Position numbers and translations under genes: made by a program. Shown one piece after another: positions 1-9,475 of a DNA stretch of 64,000 bases (position 1 is its first letter; every line of letters begins with the position of its first letter). The notes under the pieces are model-generated. The model was not told the DNA's origin and did no database searches. It worked only from the letters and a program-made list of their open reading frames with translations. The stretch is from Candidatus Iainarchaeum sp. (GTDB lineage: Archaea; Iainarchaeota; Iainarchaeia; Iainarchaeales; DTGL01). The DNA lies in the NCBI GenBank assembly GCA_026413945.1, contig JAOAJX010000003.1, positions 98,417 through 162,416 on the forward strand, given 5' to 3'.

Positions 1-254
1 ACATCTTTGCTGTTCACCATAAATGCAAAGAAGTAAATTACAGCTGAGATTATGATCCAAGCAAAGTAGCTTGCTGCACCGTGTTTTATTGTGTCTAACA
101 GGTCAAAGCCAAAGCCAGCAAAAAGGCCAAACATAGTGTAAAGAATGGTTGGGGATAAAATAATCAAAAAGGATATCTTGAAGTCAGGTTTCGATATCGT
201 TTTTTCGATGGTTTTTTTTGGTTTTATAAAAATATTTATTGGGTTAATTTCCAT
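1..254 (-). CDS. Yip1-like membrane protein, truncated by window edge
   Basis: Hand translation from ATG 254: MEINPINIFIKPKKTIEKTISKPDFKISFLIILSP...FAWIIISAVIYFFAFMV; the IFxKPxxT start followed by TM helices resembles Yip1. Confidence 0.55.
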   Translation of the reverse strand, partial: MEINPINIFIKPKKTIEKTISKPDFKISFLIILSPTILYTMFGLFAGFGFDLLDTIKHGAASYFAWIIISAVIYFFAFMVNSKD

Positions 255-314
255 ATGAACCAAATAAAATTATACTTAACACTTATTTAAACTTATCCTT
301 GCGAAACTTACTTA

Positions 315-779
315 ATGGAGCATAAAAAATTGGTGATGGCTTTCGGGACATTTGATTTTTTTCATTATGGGCATCTATACTATTTGGAAAGGGCAAAGAA
401 GCTAGGCGGTAAGCTGATAGTGGTTGTTTCAAGGGATGAAAACGCTTTTTTATCAAAAGGAAAAAGTACTTTGCACAATGAGAAAGAGCGCCTTAAAGTT
501 ATAAAAGCGCTAAGCTTAGTTGATGATGCGGTTTTAGGGCTAAAAGGCAACACTTTTGGAATTCTGCTGAAATATAAGCCTGATATAATTGCACTTGGCT
601 ATGACCAAAGAGTTGACATTAAAGCATTAAAGGCCTTCATTTCAAAAAAAGGCCTCAAAACGAGAATAAAAAGAATTCCTGCCTACAAGCCCCATATTCT
701 TAAAAGCTCTAATTTCAAGGCTCTGAAAAAAGAGCTGCAGGAAAATAAACCTTTAGAGTTGGGCAGGGACATACTCTAA
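315..779 (+). CDS. ribL: FAD synthetase / cytidylyltransferase-family nucleotidyltransferase
   Basis: GTFDFFHYGH (HxGH), ER..VI, KPDIIALGYDQ motifs. Confidence 0.8.
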   Translation: MEHKKLVMAFGTFDFFHYGHLYYLERAKKLGGKLIVVVSRDENAFLSKGKSTLHNEKERLKVIKALSLVDDAVLGLKGNTFGILLKYKPDIIALGYDQRVDIKALKAFISKKGLKTRIKRIPAYKPHILKSSNFKALKKELQENKPLELGRDIL

Positions 780-844
780 TTTTTTACATCAATTGCCAAC
801 AACGAAAACTTTAAATAGTAAAAAAACCTAATTTTTAAGCTCTA

Positions 845-3129
845 ATGGTGATGTTTATGCGAAAAGATTTAAGGAAATTTTATTCAAACAGGCTTTTTAT
901 TTTTTTTATCGCTGTTCTAATCCCTACTTTGGCTTCAGCTTATTGTACCGGAACTCCAAGGCCTTGTTCATATTGGTCGAATAGTTTTAACTGCAGGGAT
1001 GCTGGCTGCACATGGGATTATGATTATTGCACAGGCACGCCAAACAGCTGCTCAACTTATTACAATGAATGGGGTTGCAGAACAGCCGGTTGCACCTGGT
1101 ATGGCGCAACTCAGACACCAAAGCCGAGTGGTTGCTATTCTTGGTCGTATCAATGTGAGTCAGCAAACTCTAGCAAATGTTCTTGCTATGATGCTGTTGA
1201 GTGCCAATATATTGGGATTACGACTGCTATACTTTCTGGTATTGCGACAATACAAAGTGCAACAAGCCAACAGGCTGTTATGAAAACTCTGGAAGCTGCT
1301 ACACACAAAATGCATCAAAATGCTCCTGCAAGGAAGCAGTAAAGTGCAAATACAACAGCACTTATAATTGTTATTCGTTTGATTATTGTGATACCTCAAG
1401 ATGCCCACCAACCGGATGTGTCGGCGCACACACTAATTGCATAGCACTTAACGAGAGACGTTGTGATTGCAGAGAGGCTGTAAATTGCCTTTACAATACT
1501 CTACACGATTGCTATACTTTTAAAGATTGCAACAATAGTGTTTGTAAAGAGCTCGATTGTTCTTTTATTTATATATTAAGCCCACGCAACGCCTCTGTAA
1601 AGTGGAATGAAACTTTATCTGCGCTAGTCATTCTAAGTTGCAATAAGGCTGTAAGTTCTATCACAGTTAATGCGGGTACCAAAAGCAATACATGTTATAA
1701 TCCCTCTGGAAGCACGTGTAAAATCGAATATACTGAAACCATTCCACAAAGTAAGAGCATAGGTAAATATTATATTGACATATCAGGAACAGTTGTAAAA
1801 GGAAATGAGTCAAAAAACTATACAGGTCGCATTGAATATAATGTAATAGAACCACATGATTGCAAACTTAGCTATTATTTAAATTCTAGTTCCCTAAAAC
1901 CAGGCGATTATATATCAGGTAATGCTACCTTGACATGCTATAATAAAGTGGATTTAATAGTTATAACTTTTGGCTCATCTAGAAATAGTTGTAACGCATC
2001 TACATGCAGCATAGATCATCGTGAAAAGATTCCAATAGATAGAGAACCAGGAAATTATACGGTTGCAGTATATGCAACAGCCACAGTGGCAGGAATCCCC
2101 AAAACATATCATGAAACTATTACTTATTCAGTCAAAGATGCATCATTATGTAGAATCCATTTCAACCCACTTAGCGCTTCAGTGAAACCAGGAGACATCT
2201 TAAAAGTTGATGCTGACGTATCATGTAGTACCGGAATGGATTCTATAAGTGTTAGTCTTGGTACCTCAAAAAGGCAATGTCAAAACTTATCTTCATGTAG
2301 CGCCACTTACCAACAAAAAATACCTGATAGCATGAGGCCTGGCAAATATGAAATATTAGCAGAAGCAGCTGTTACGAAAGAAGGCGCATCGAAAAAATAC
2401 AATGCATCTTTTTCCTATACAGTTGAAGAGCCGCCAAAGCCTTGCAGTATAAGCTTTAACCCATCAACCGCGTCCGTATACAAAGGTAGCTCATTTAAGG
2501 TGACAGCAACCATTGGCTGTGGCGATATTATGGATTCCATTGATATTCAGTTTGGCTCAGCTTCTAACAGGTGTCAGAAATCAGCTAGCTGTAGTGTCAC
2601 TTTTGAAATACCCCAATCTTCGACTGCAGGTGTAATATTTGTACATGCATCTGCAAAAGCAACAAAAGGTGGCGTATTAAATACTTATAGCAATATTTTC
2701 AAATATACTGCTACAGACGAACCTTATTGCTTCATAACATTTAGCCCCTCAACAGCAACAGTTGTTGCTGGAGATATTTTGTATGTCAGCGCTATCCTTG
2801 AATGTGATACTACTATAGAACGTCTTAGCATTGTTTTTAGTACAGCATCTAACTATTGCAGCAATTCAAAAGGTTGTATGGTAAGCATAACCATACCAAC
2901 ACGAGGCATAGCACCAGGTGATTATACAATCAATGCGTCAGGAAGTATTGCCTTTAGCGGAAAATCAAAAACATATAGTAGTGCCTTTAAATATAAAATA
3001 ACAAAACCAACGACTTCAGCAGGTTCAACAGCGACATCATCAACTTCTGCACAGTCAACTTCAACCACCTTTGAACAATTCATAGCAGTTATTAGGGAAA
3101 CAATACGTTTTATTTTCCCATTCGGCTAA
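845..3129 (+). pseudogene. Large Cys-rich secreted/surface protein split by a 1-nt frameshift near 1211 (ORFs 845..1342 and 1201..3129)
   Basis: Signal peptide, 2 CTGTP..C repeats and 3 (K/P)P(S/T)GC repeats whose first copy spans both frames, about 5 Ig-like repeats, S/T linker, C-terminal amphipathic helix. Confidence 0.8.
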
Positions 3130-3138
3130 ACCGTGTCC

Positions 3139-3594
3139 TTAAAATTCTTTCTTCAGAAGCACAAGATTTTTGTATTTAGATCCTTCTTTTGTGCCTTTCT
3201 CAAGTAAGCCATATTGCACAAAACCAAGCTTCTCGAAAACCTTTAAGGATACTGCGTTATCATCATTGACTTGGGCTGTTACTATTTCGGTTCCTTTTCT
3301 AATGTTTTTAAGCGCATGCTTTAAAATATGCTGAGCTATTCCTTTGCCTCTATGCTTTTTCGCAACTATAAGAGAATGCAAGCTTGCAATGTGCTTATGG
3401 GGTCCAATGCCATACTTGACAAGCAGATGTGCAATAACTTTGTCGCCCAATTTTGCCACATACCTTTTTTCATTTTTTGAAAGAAAGCTGTTTATAACAC
3501 GCTTTCTGGAGAGTTCAAGACCCCAATGCGGATAAAGCTTTGCTATTCCTGTAGAGTCCTCAATTCTTGCTTCGCTTATCTTTATTTCCGGCAC
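3139..3594 (-). CDS. GNAT family N-acetyltransferase
   Basis: V..KHRGKGIA acetyl-CoA motif A; N..SL..FEKLGF. Confidence 0.85.
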   Translation of the reverse strand: MPEIKISEARIEDSTGIAKLYPHWGLELSRKRVINSFLSKNEKRYVAKLGDKVIAHLLVKYGIGPHKHIASLHSLIVAKKHRGKGIAQHILKHALKNIRKGTEIVTAQVNDDNAVSLKVFEKLGFVQYGLLEKGTKEGSKYKNLVLLKKEF

Positions 3595-4006
3595 CTTCTT
3601 TCAGCCCTTCAATATTTTTTCTCCGCTTTTCCCCCATATGAATTATGAACTCACTGCCAAGGAAATCTCTTCCGACCAATACTGGAAGCTTCATCCCAAA
3701 ACGATCAGCTATAGTGAAAAGCGTCTTTTTTCTTTTTCCGCACATTTCAAGGATTCCTTCAGCAACAGGCCTCCTAACATAGCCTCTTGGTTCAGTCTTG
3801 CTCTTTATCCTCAACACCCTTACAATAGGGCCCAAACCAGCTTTTGCAGCAATTTTAAGATCAACGCTCGATCTTTCAGCACCAGTATCAAGCAAGGCAA
3901 GCGTTTCAACCGCCTTTTTTTTGCCTATTATCTTAACATGCTGAACAAGCCCCACAATCTTTTTCTTCTTCTTTTTGTTGCAAGAAATCCCCCTTTTTTC
4001 AGCCAT
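3560..4006 (-). CDS. RimK-associated retropepsin-like aspartic protease (RimB / putative ATP-dependent Zn protease family)
   Basis: ALLDTGAERSS, RRPV, FTIADR..MKLPVLVGRDFL. Confidence 0.8.
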   Translation of the reverse strand: MAEKRGISCNKKKKKKIVGLVQHVKIIGKKKAVETLALLDTGAERSSVDLKIAAKAGLGPIVRVLRIKSKTEPRGYVRRPVAEGILEMCGKRKKTLFTIADRFGMKLPVLVGRDFLGSEFIIHMGEKRRKNIEGLKEGAGNKDKRSKN

Positions 4007-4094
4007 AACGAGAATAAGTAAAAATCAAAAACTTTTTAAACAAATGAGGAGAATACATATTCACATACGTTTGCCTTTTTGGCATGTGTCTTTT

Positions 4095-4931
4095 ATGAAA
4101 AAGCTGATAATGGCTGTTGAAGGTGAACGCAAAAGGTTTGCATTGCTTAGAAACGCATTTGAGCAAAAAGGCTTCTCAGTTAAGTTACTACCGGTAAGGC
4201 GCCTTACACTTTTTGCTGATAGGAATGGCTCCAAAGCAAAGATTTTTGGCAATGGTAAGTTCGATGGGGCAGTTTACCTTGAAACACCATTCATGCTCAC
4301 TCAGTTTGTCGAGCCGCTTCTTGATTACATTGAAACAAAAGGTTTCTATTGCCAAGTGCATAAAGGAGCCTATTATGTTGGAAGCAATGAGCTGCTTCAA
4401 ATAAGCTTGCTTAGTAGCTATGGTATAAAAATTCCTTATACAAGGATTTTTGGAAATATTGAGCAAATACGAAAAGCCAAGGAGAAGTTTAGCTACCCTG
4501 TCGTTGTTAAGGTTTACAAGAATGGTGAAAAGATACAAAGCATGATTGCTAAAAACTCTGATGCCTTAGCTTCGCTAACCGAGAGGATTGAAGGTGACAC
4601 AGCAGTTGTGAGTGAATTTATAGAAGGTGATATTGAGCATTGTGCCGTTATTGGAGAAGAAGTTTTTGCCCTTAGAAGCACTACATCAGATCCGACAAAA
4701 GTACGACTTATGAAAAATGCAGTTAATGTAAAGCTCTCAAAAACTGAAGAAGAAACAGCCATACAAGCTGCCAGCATTTGCGGCTGTGACATAGCAACGG
4801 TAAAAATGTGCCGTGGCTTTGTTACAAGAGTGAAGCCACATGTAAATATGATTCTTTTTACTAAGAAAACAGGGCGTAACCTTTTTGAAAAAGTGGCAGA
4901 GTTGTTTTACAAGAAAAGTGGTGGTGGCTGA
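4095..4931 (+). CDS. Degenerate RimK-like ATP-grasp protein (probable pseudoenzyme)
   Basis: Collinear with the neighbouring RimK (IPYT, YPVVVK, SEFIEG), but Gly loop and WRAN loop absent; VD->VK, EVN->RVK; likely ATG 4095. Confidence 0.7.
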   Translation: MKKLIMAVEGERKRFALLRNAFEQKGFSVKLLPVRRLTLFADRNGSKAKIFGNGKFDGAVYLETPFMLTQFVEPLLDYIETKGFYCQVHKGAYYVGSNELLQISLLSSYGIKIPYTRIFGNIEQIRKAKEKFSYPVVVKVYKNGEKIQSMIAKNSDALASLTERIEGDTAVVSEFIEGDIEHCAVIGEEVFALRSTTSDPTKVRLMKNAVNVKLSKTEEETAIQAASICGCDIATVKMCRGFVTRVKPHVNMILFTKKTGRNLFEKVAELFYKKSGGG

Positions 4932-5815
4932 TGCCAAGCATTGTAATAATTGCTGCAAAGAACTACAATAAGGGAAATAATAAGCTACTTCTCGAAGAGG
5001 CAAAGAAGGCATTTGATAAGGTGCTGTTTGTGCCTATAAATAAATTAACCATCGTGCACAAAAACGGCACCTCAAAATTGTTATACAAGGGGATAAACCT
5101 TCTGGATTTTGATGCATGTTATCCGAGGTTTGGATCAACCGATTACTTTATGGGGGAAGCAGTACTAAAGGTGATAGAAAGCTCTAAAATATACTCTCCG
5201 GTTTCACTGAAAGGCTATCAAATATCTAACCATAAATTCTATACAATTCAAGAGATTGCAGAAAGCGGCCTTCCATGTGTGCTTACCTCATTGAGTGCTT
5301 CGCCGCAAAGCATGGAAAGCATTGTAGAAGAAATGACATTTCCTCTGGTTTTGAAATTAATAAGTGGCTTCGGTGGACGGGGCGTTATGCTTATCTCAAA
5401 CAAAAACGAGCTTCAATCTATATTAGATACTGTGCACTTATTCGAAGAATATATAACAGCCCAAAGATTTCTGCCTACCGGCAGCACAGACATCAGATGT
5501 TATGTTTTCGGGGATGATGTCTTGAGCGTTAGACGCACAGGTGCTCCAAATGACTGGCGTGCTAACATTTCGCGCGGTGGCAAAGCAGAGATAATAGATG
5601 GTAATCCAAAAATGGAGGAGTGTGCCATTAAAGTTGCTAAACTCCTTGGCTTTGACATATGTGCAGTTGATTTCATTGAAACAGATCTTACCAAAGAGGG
5701 TTTTGCTGTGATAGAAGTCAACTTTCAGCCAGGGCCCTTCAGAAAGTTTTTAGGCAACGTAGTGCCAAAGAAGATGATGGAATTCATAAGGGCAAAGATA
5801 GAAAAAAAGAAATAA
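4931..5815 (+). CDS. RimK/LysX-family ATP-grasp amino-acid ligase
   Basis: PLVLK..SGFGGRGV, QRF, DIRC, WRANISRGG, AVDF, IEVN..PG; TGATG coupling with upstream gene. Confidence 0.9.
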   Translation: MPSIVIIAAKNYNKGNNKLLLEEAKKAFDKVLFVPINKLTIVHKNGTSKLLYKGINLLDFDACYPRFGSTDYFMGEAVLKVIESSKIYSPVSLKGYQISNHKFYTIQEIAESGLPCVLTSLSASPQSMESIVEEMTFPLVLKLISGFGGRGVMLISNKNELQSILDTVHLFEEYITAQRFLPTGSTDIRCYVFGDDVLSVRRTGAPNDWRANISRGGKAEIIDGNPKMEECAIKVAKLLGFDICAVDFIETDLTKEGFAVIEVNFQPGPFRKFLGNVVPKKMMEFIRAKIEKKK

Positions 5816-5821
5816 AACATT

Positions 5822-7084
5822 TCATTCCTGCGCTTTTATTAGAGTTTGTTTTCTTTCTGGGCCATAAGAAATCATTCGTACCCGAATTCCAACATTTTTT
5901 TCAATAAGCTTTATGTAGCTTCTTGCCTCAGATGGGAGATCATAAAAGCTCTTGAGTTCATGGCTAAGTTCAAAACCTTTAAGCCTTACATACATTGGCT
6001 TACACTTCTCGAGCAAAAAGGTATCCGCTGGTACCTCTTTCACTTTTTTGCCTCCAATTTTGTAAGCTGTACTAACTTTTATTTCTTTAAGCCCTGATAA
6101 AACATCGAGTTTTGTTAGTGCAATTTCAGTAAAACCACATATCCTTGAAGCTGTCCTAAGCATTGGCAAATCTAACCAGCCTACGCGCCGAGGTCTGCCA
6201 GTGGTAGTGCCGTATTCATTGCCTTTTTCTCTTATAGCACTGGCAAGTGAGCCATTTATCTCGGTTGGAAAAGGCCCTGCGCCAACTCTCGTACAATAAG
6301 CTTTAGAAACGCCGATCACTCGACATTCATGGTAAGCAATTCCAGCACTCATAAAAGCGCCTGCACTTCCAGTGTGTGAGCTTGTCACATATGGATATGT
6401 GCCAAAATCATTGTCAAGGAAAAAACCCTGTGCGCCTTCAAGAAGAACCTCTTTGCCATTTTTTAGAGAAACGTGTAAATATTTTGAGACATCCATCTGG
6501 TATTTTTTCAACTTGTATGACATTTTGCTAAGTTCTTTGAAAAGCGCCTCTGCATTTTTTTGTTTAAGACCAAATGCTTTAAGCTCCAAGTTTTTTAATG
6601 GCACAACCTCTTTTAACCTTTCATAAAATTTATTCTTGTTAATGAATTCAGAGAATCTTATGCCCTGCCTTGAAGCTCTGTCAGCATAGCATGGTCCTAT
6701 GCCTTTCTTTGTTGTGCCAATTTTTTTACATTTTTTTTCTTCTGAAGCGCCATCAAGCAGCAAATGGTAAGGCATTATTATTTGTGCGCGTGGATCAACA
6801 AAGAGCTTGACTTTTCCGACCTCCTTTTCAATCAGTTCTATTTCTTCTAAAAGAGTTTTTGGATTTATTGCTACTCCACTCGCAAGGCAACAGATTTTTT
6901 TCTGCACAGCCCCACTCGGCATGAGATGGAGCTTGTATGTTTTATTGCCTACAACTACTGTGTGGCCTGCATTGTCGCCACCATTAAACCTAACAACAAT
7001 GTCGGCTTTTTCAGATAGATAATCAATTATTTTTCCCTTGCCTTCATCCCCAAACTGGGCGCCAATTATAACGCTTAACGGCAT
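5822..7084 (-). CDS. purA: Adenylosuccinate synthetase
   Basis: GAQFGDEGKGK, NAGHT, GTTKKGIGP, EGAQG, GTTTGRPRRVGWLD, TKLD. Confidence 0.97.
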   Translation of the reverse strand: MPLSVIIGAQFGDEGKGKIIDYLSEKADIVVRFNGGDNAGHTVVVGNKTYKLHLMPSGAVQKKICCLASGVAINPKTLLEEIELIEKEVGKVKLFVDPRAQIIMPYHLLLDGASEEKKCKKIGTTKKGIGPCYADRASRQGIRFSEFINKNKFYERLKEVVPLKNLELKAFGLKQKNAEALFKELSKMSYKLKKYQMDVSKYLHVSLKNGKEVLLEGAQGFFLDNDFGTYPYVTSSHTGSAGAFMSAGIAYHECRVIGVSKAYCTRVGAGPFPTEINGSLASAIREKGNEYGTTTGRPRRVGWLDLPMLRTASRICGFTEIALTKLDVLSGLKEIKVSTAYKIGGKKVKEVPADTFLLEKCKPMYVRLKGFELSHELKSFYDLPSEARSYIKLIEKNVGIRVRMISYGPERKQTLIKAQE

Positions 7085-7150
7085 ACTAGCACAAATTATT
7101 TGCAACAGCAAAAATTTAAATTACATATGTGCTTCTATTTACTGAGCACA

Positions 7151-7447
7151 ATGGCTACAGAAAAAATAGAAATTGCCCTAAAAAAACAACTAATTGAAAG
7201 GATTGATGTTTTGGCAAAAATGTCAGGCAAAAGCAGGAATGCTTTTATAAATGACTTTTTAGAGAGTTATCTTGACAAGTTAGTTGAAGATCTTGCGCTT
7301 GAGAAGGATGCTATAAAGCAGTACATGGCTGGAAAGATGGAAGAGAAACAGCTTTCGCTCATCGTTGGCAAGGAGAAAACAGAAGCAGCAAAGATTAGCA
7401 AGCGCATAGGCGCGAAAGGAGAAGATTTGTTAAAAGCATTTAAATGA
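7151..7447 (+). CDS. Ribbon-helix-helix (CopG-like) DNA-binding protein
   Basis: IEIALKKQLIERIDVLAK.SGKSRNAFI RHH pattern; C-terminal half resembles UPF0175-type. Confidence 0.65.
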   Translation: MATEKIEIALKKQLIERIDVLAKMSGKSRNAFINDFLESYLDKLVEDLALEKDAIKQYMAGKMEEKQLSLIVGKEKTEAAKISKRIGAKGEDLLKAFK

Positions 7448-7470
7448 TCTTTATAACCCAAATTAAAAGC

Positions 7471-7495
7471 GCTGGCCCATGTTACATGAGCCAGC
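7471..7495 (-). terminator. GC-rich hairpin followed by T-tract on minus strand
   Basis: GCTGGCTCATG-TAA-CATGGGCCAGC then GCTTTTAATTT on minus strand. Confidence 0.35.
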
Positions 7496-7668
7496 CCAAA
7501 ACCAACTCTCTCAGCAATAAAATAATTCCTTTGTTTGCACCTTAAATATTTTTTGTTGATGCTTTAGAGTTTAATATTTTTGGTTTAAGTTGTTACATTT
7601 GCATCACACCGTCCAAATTGCGTATGTTTAAAAATGTTCCCTTGCAATTTTTTTTCATGGTGATTGCA

Positions 7669-8832
7669 ATGGTTGAGACTGAAGATAATAGTAAAGCATT
7701 AACTGAAGAAAAAAAAGAAAAGAAGCCAAAAAATAGATCTGCTCAAATTGTTGAAAGCAATGAAGAAAGTAAAGGAAAGATTAGCTTAGATACGCCTGTT
7801 TTTGCAATGTTTTTAGTGCTTGCCTTAGTAGTGGGTGCACTTATATCTGCTGCTATATTCTATTTTTACTTTAAGCCAACCAATAATCAGCCAAATAATA
7901 GCACTTGCACATTGCCAATGGATTCAAAAAATTGCATTGCTGCGATAAAGCCAGAAGAAGCTGGCGAAAAAGTAAGGGCTTTTCTTGAAGAAAGCTTTCT
8001 GAAAAGCTATGGTTATAAGCTTATAGTGAATAAAGTTACCGCTTATAACGAATGCCTTTATGACTTAAATGCCTCAATCGTGACTGAAGATGGAAATATG
8101 CCAGCCGGACTATTATTAGTCACAAAAGATGGCAAAAAGGTCATAATAGCATCTGCAGTTTATGATACTAATGCACCAATAAAGCCGACACCAGTTCCTT
8201 CACCAACACCTTTCCAAGCAAAAATAAAGAGCGACAGGCCGGATGTGCTGATGTTCGTGATGACATTTTGCCCCTATGGGCATGTAGCCGAAAAAGGCCT
8301 GAAGCCGGTTGCTGAGCTTTTCGGCGATAAGATAAACATTGAACCACACTATGTTATCTACTCCGGCGAATACGGCTATACATACCCTGATGACTGCATA
8401 GACAAAGAGAAAAAATACTGCTCGATGCACGGAGTATCAGAGCTAAACGAAGGTGTAAGGCAGCTGTGCATTTTCAAATACCAGAAGGACAAATTTTGGG
8501 ATTATATTGCAAAGATTTATGAAGGAAAGTGCACATTGAAGAACATTGACTCTTGCTGGAAGTCTCAAGCAGAAGCTGCTGGAATAGATACACAAAAGAT
8601 AGAAAAATGCTTCGAAGAAGAAGCAATATCTTTGCTCGAAAAAGAAGTTGAGCTAAATAAAAAATACAATGTAATGGGTTCGCCAACAATTATAATTAAC
8701 GAGACCGAATACCGAGGTGGCAGAGCACCGGAGAATTATAAGGCAGCGATATGCACTGCTTTCAACACACCGCCTACCGAGTGCTCTAAAACACTTAGCT
8801 CACAAGGTGGAACAGCAAGCGGGCAATGTTGA
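7669..8832 (+). CDS. Membrane-anchored DsbA/thioredoxin-fold protein
   Basis: N-terminal TM, FVMTFCPYG, V.GSPTIIIN cis-Pro loop; SD GGTGA before ATG 7669. Confidence 0.75.
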   Translation: MVETEDNSKALTEEKKEKKPKNRSAQIVESNEESKGKISLDTPVFAMFLVLALVVGALISAAIFYFYFKPTNNQPNNSTCTLPMDSKNCIAAIKPEEAGEKVRAFLEESFLKSYGYKLIVNKVTAYNECLYDLNASIVTEDGNMPAGLLLVTKDGKKVIIASAVYDTNAPIKPTPVPSPTPFQAKIKSDRPDVLMFVMTFCPYGHVAEKGLKPVAELFGDKINIEPHYVIYSGEYGYTYPDDCIDKEKKYCSMHGVSELNEGVRQLCIFKYQKDKFWDYIAKIYEGKCTLKNIDSCWKSQAEAAGIDTQKIEKCFEEEAISLLEKEVELNKKYNVMGSPTIIINETEYRGGRAPENYKAAICTAFNTPPTECSKTLSSQGGTASGQC

Positions 8833-8848
8833 AACTCGAGGTGATTAA

Positions 8849-9067
8849 ATGAAAGTATTACAAGAACCTGAAAAATGCATAGGTTGTGGAACATGTGCTG
8901 CAATCTGTCCAGCTCTATTTGAGATGGATGGTGCAAAAGCAAAGCTAAAAGGAGCCAAGTCTCAAGGTAAAAGTTTGGTACTCGAAAAGAAATTTACAAA
9001 AGATGAGGAAGATTGTGCAAAGGCATCCGCTGACAGTTGCCCTACAAGTTGTATATACGTAAAGTAA
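8849..9067 (+). CDS. Single-cluster ferredoxin
   Basis: CIGCGTCAAICP ... CPTSCI; SD GAGGTGA. Confidence 0.9.
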   Translation: MKVLQEPEKCIGCGTCAAICPALFEMDGAKAKLKGAKSQGKSLVLEKKFTKDEEDCAKASADSCPTSCIYVK

Positions 9068-9072
9068 TTTTT

Positions 9073-9372
9073 ATGGTATCAGAGCAAGCAATAATTAGGG
9101 AACTTAAAAAAGTGATAGACCCAGAAATAGGCATAAATGTCATTGATTTAGGTCTTATATATGATATTAGCGTAAGCAATGATGCTGTTTCAATAAAAAT
9201 GACTGTTACTAATCCTTATTGCCCTCTGCAGGAACATTTAAAGCAGCTTGTAGAGAATGCACTTTCTTCAATTAGAGGTATAAAAGAAGCCTCAGTAGAG
9301 CTTGTTTTCGATCCCCCATGGACACCGGAGCGTTTGTCTCCAAAAGCTAAAAAAGAGCTTGGATTTGGATAA
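9073..9372 (+). CDS. DUF59 / SufT-PaaD-like Fe-S cluster assembly factor
   Basis: DPEIGINVIDLGLIY, T..YCP, FDPPWTPE. Confidence 0.92.
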   Translation: MVSEQAIIRELKKVIDPEIGINVIDLGLIYDISVSNDAVSIKMTVTNPYCPLQEHLKQLVENALSSIRGIKEASVELVFDPPWTPERLSPKAKKELGFG

Positions 9373-9380
9373 TTCTTATT

Positions 9381-9464
9381 TGCAGGGGGGCGGGCTCGAA
9401 CCGCCGAAGGCACTAAGCCACCAGATCTTGAGTCTGGCCCGTTTGACCGCTTCGGTACCCCTGC
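9381..9464 (-). tRNA. tRNA-Leu(CAA)
   Basis: Cloverleaf GCAGGGG/CCCCTGC, anticodon arm CCAGA-CT CAA GA-TCTGG, long variable arm, GGTTCGA T-loop; no encoded CCA. Confidence 0.95.
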
Positions 9465-9475
9465 TTTTGAAATTT

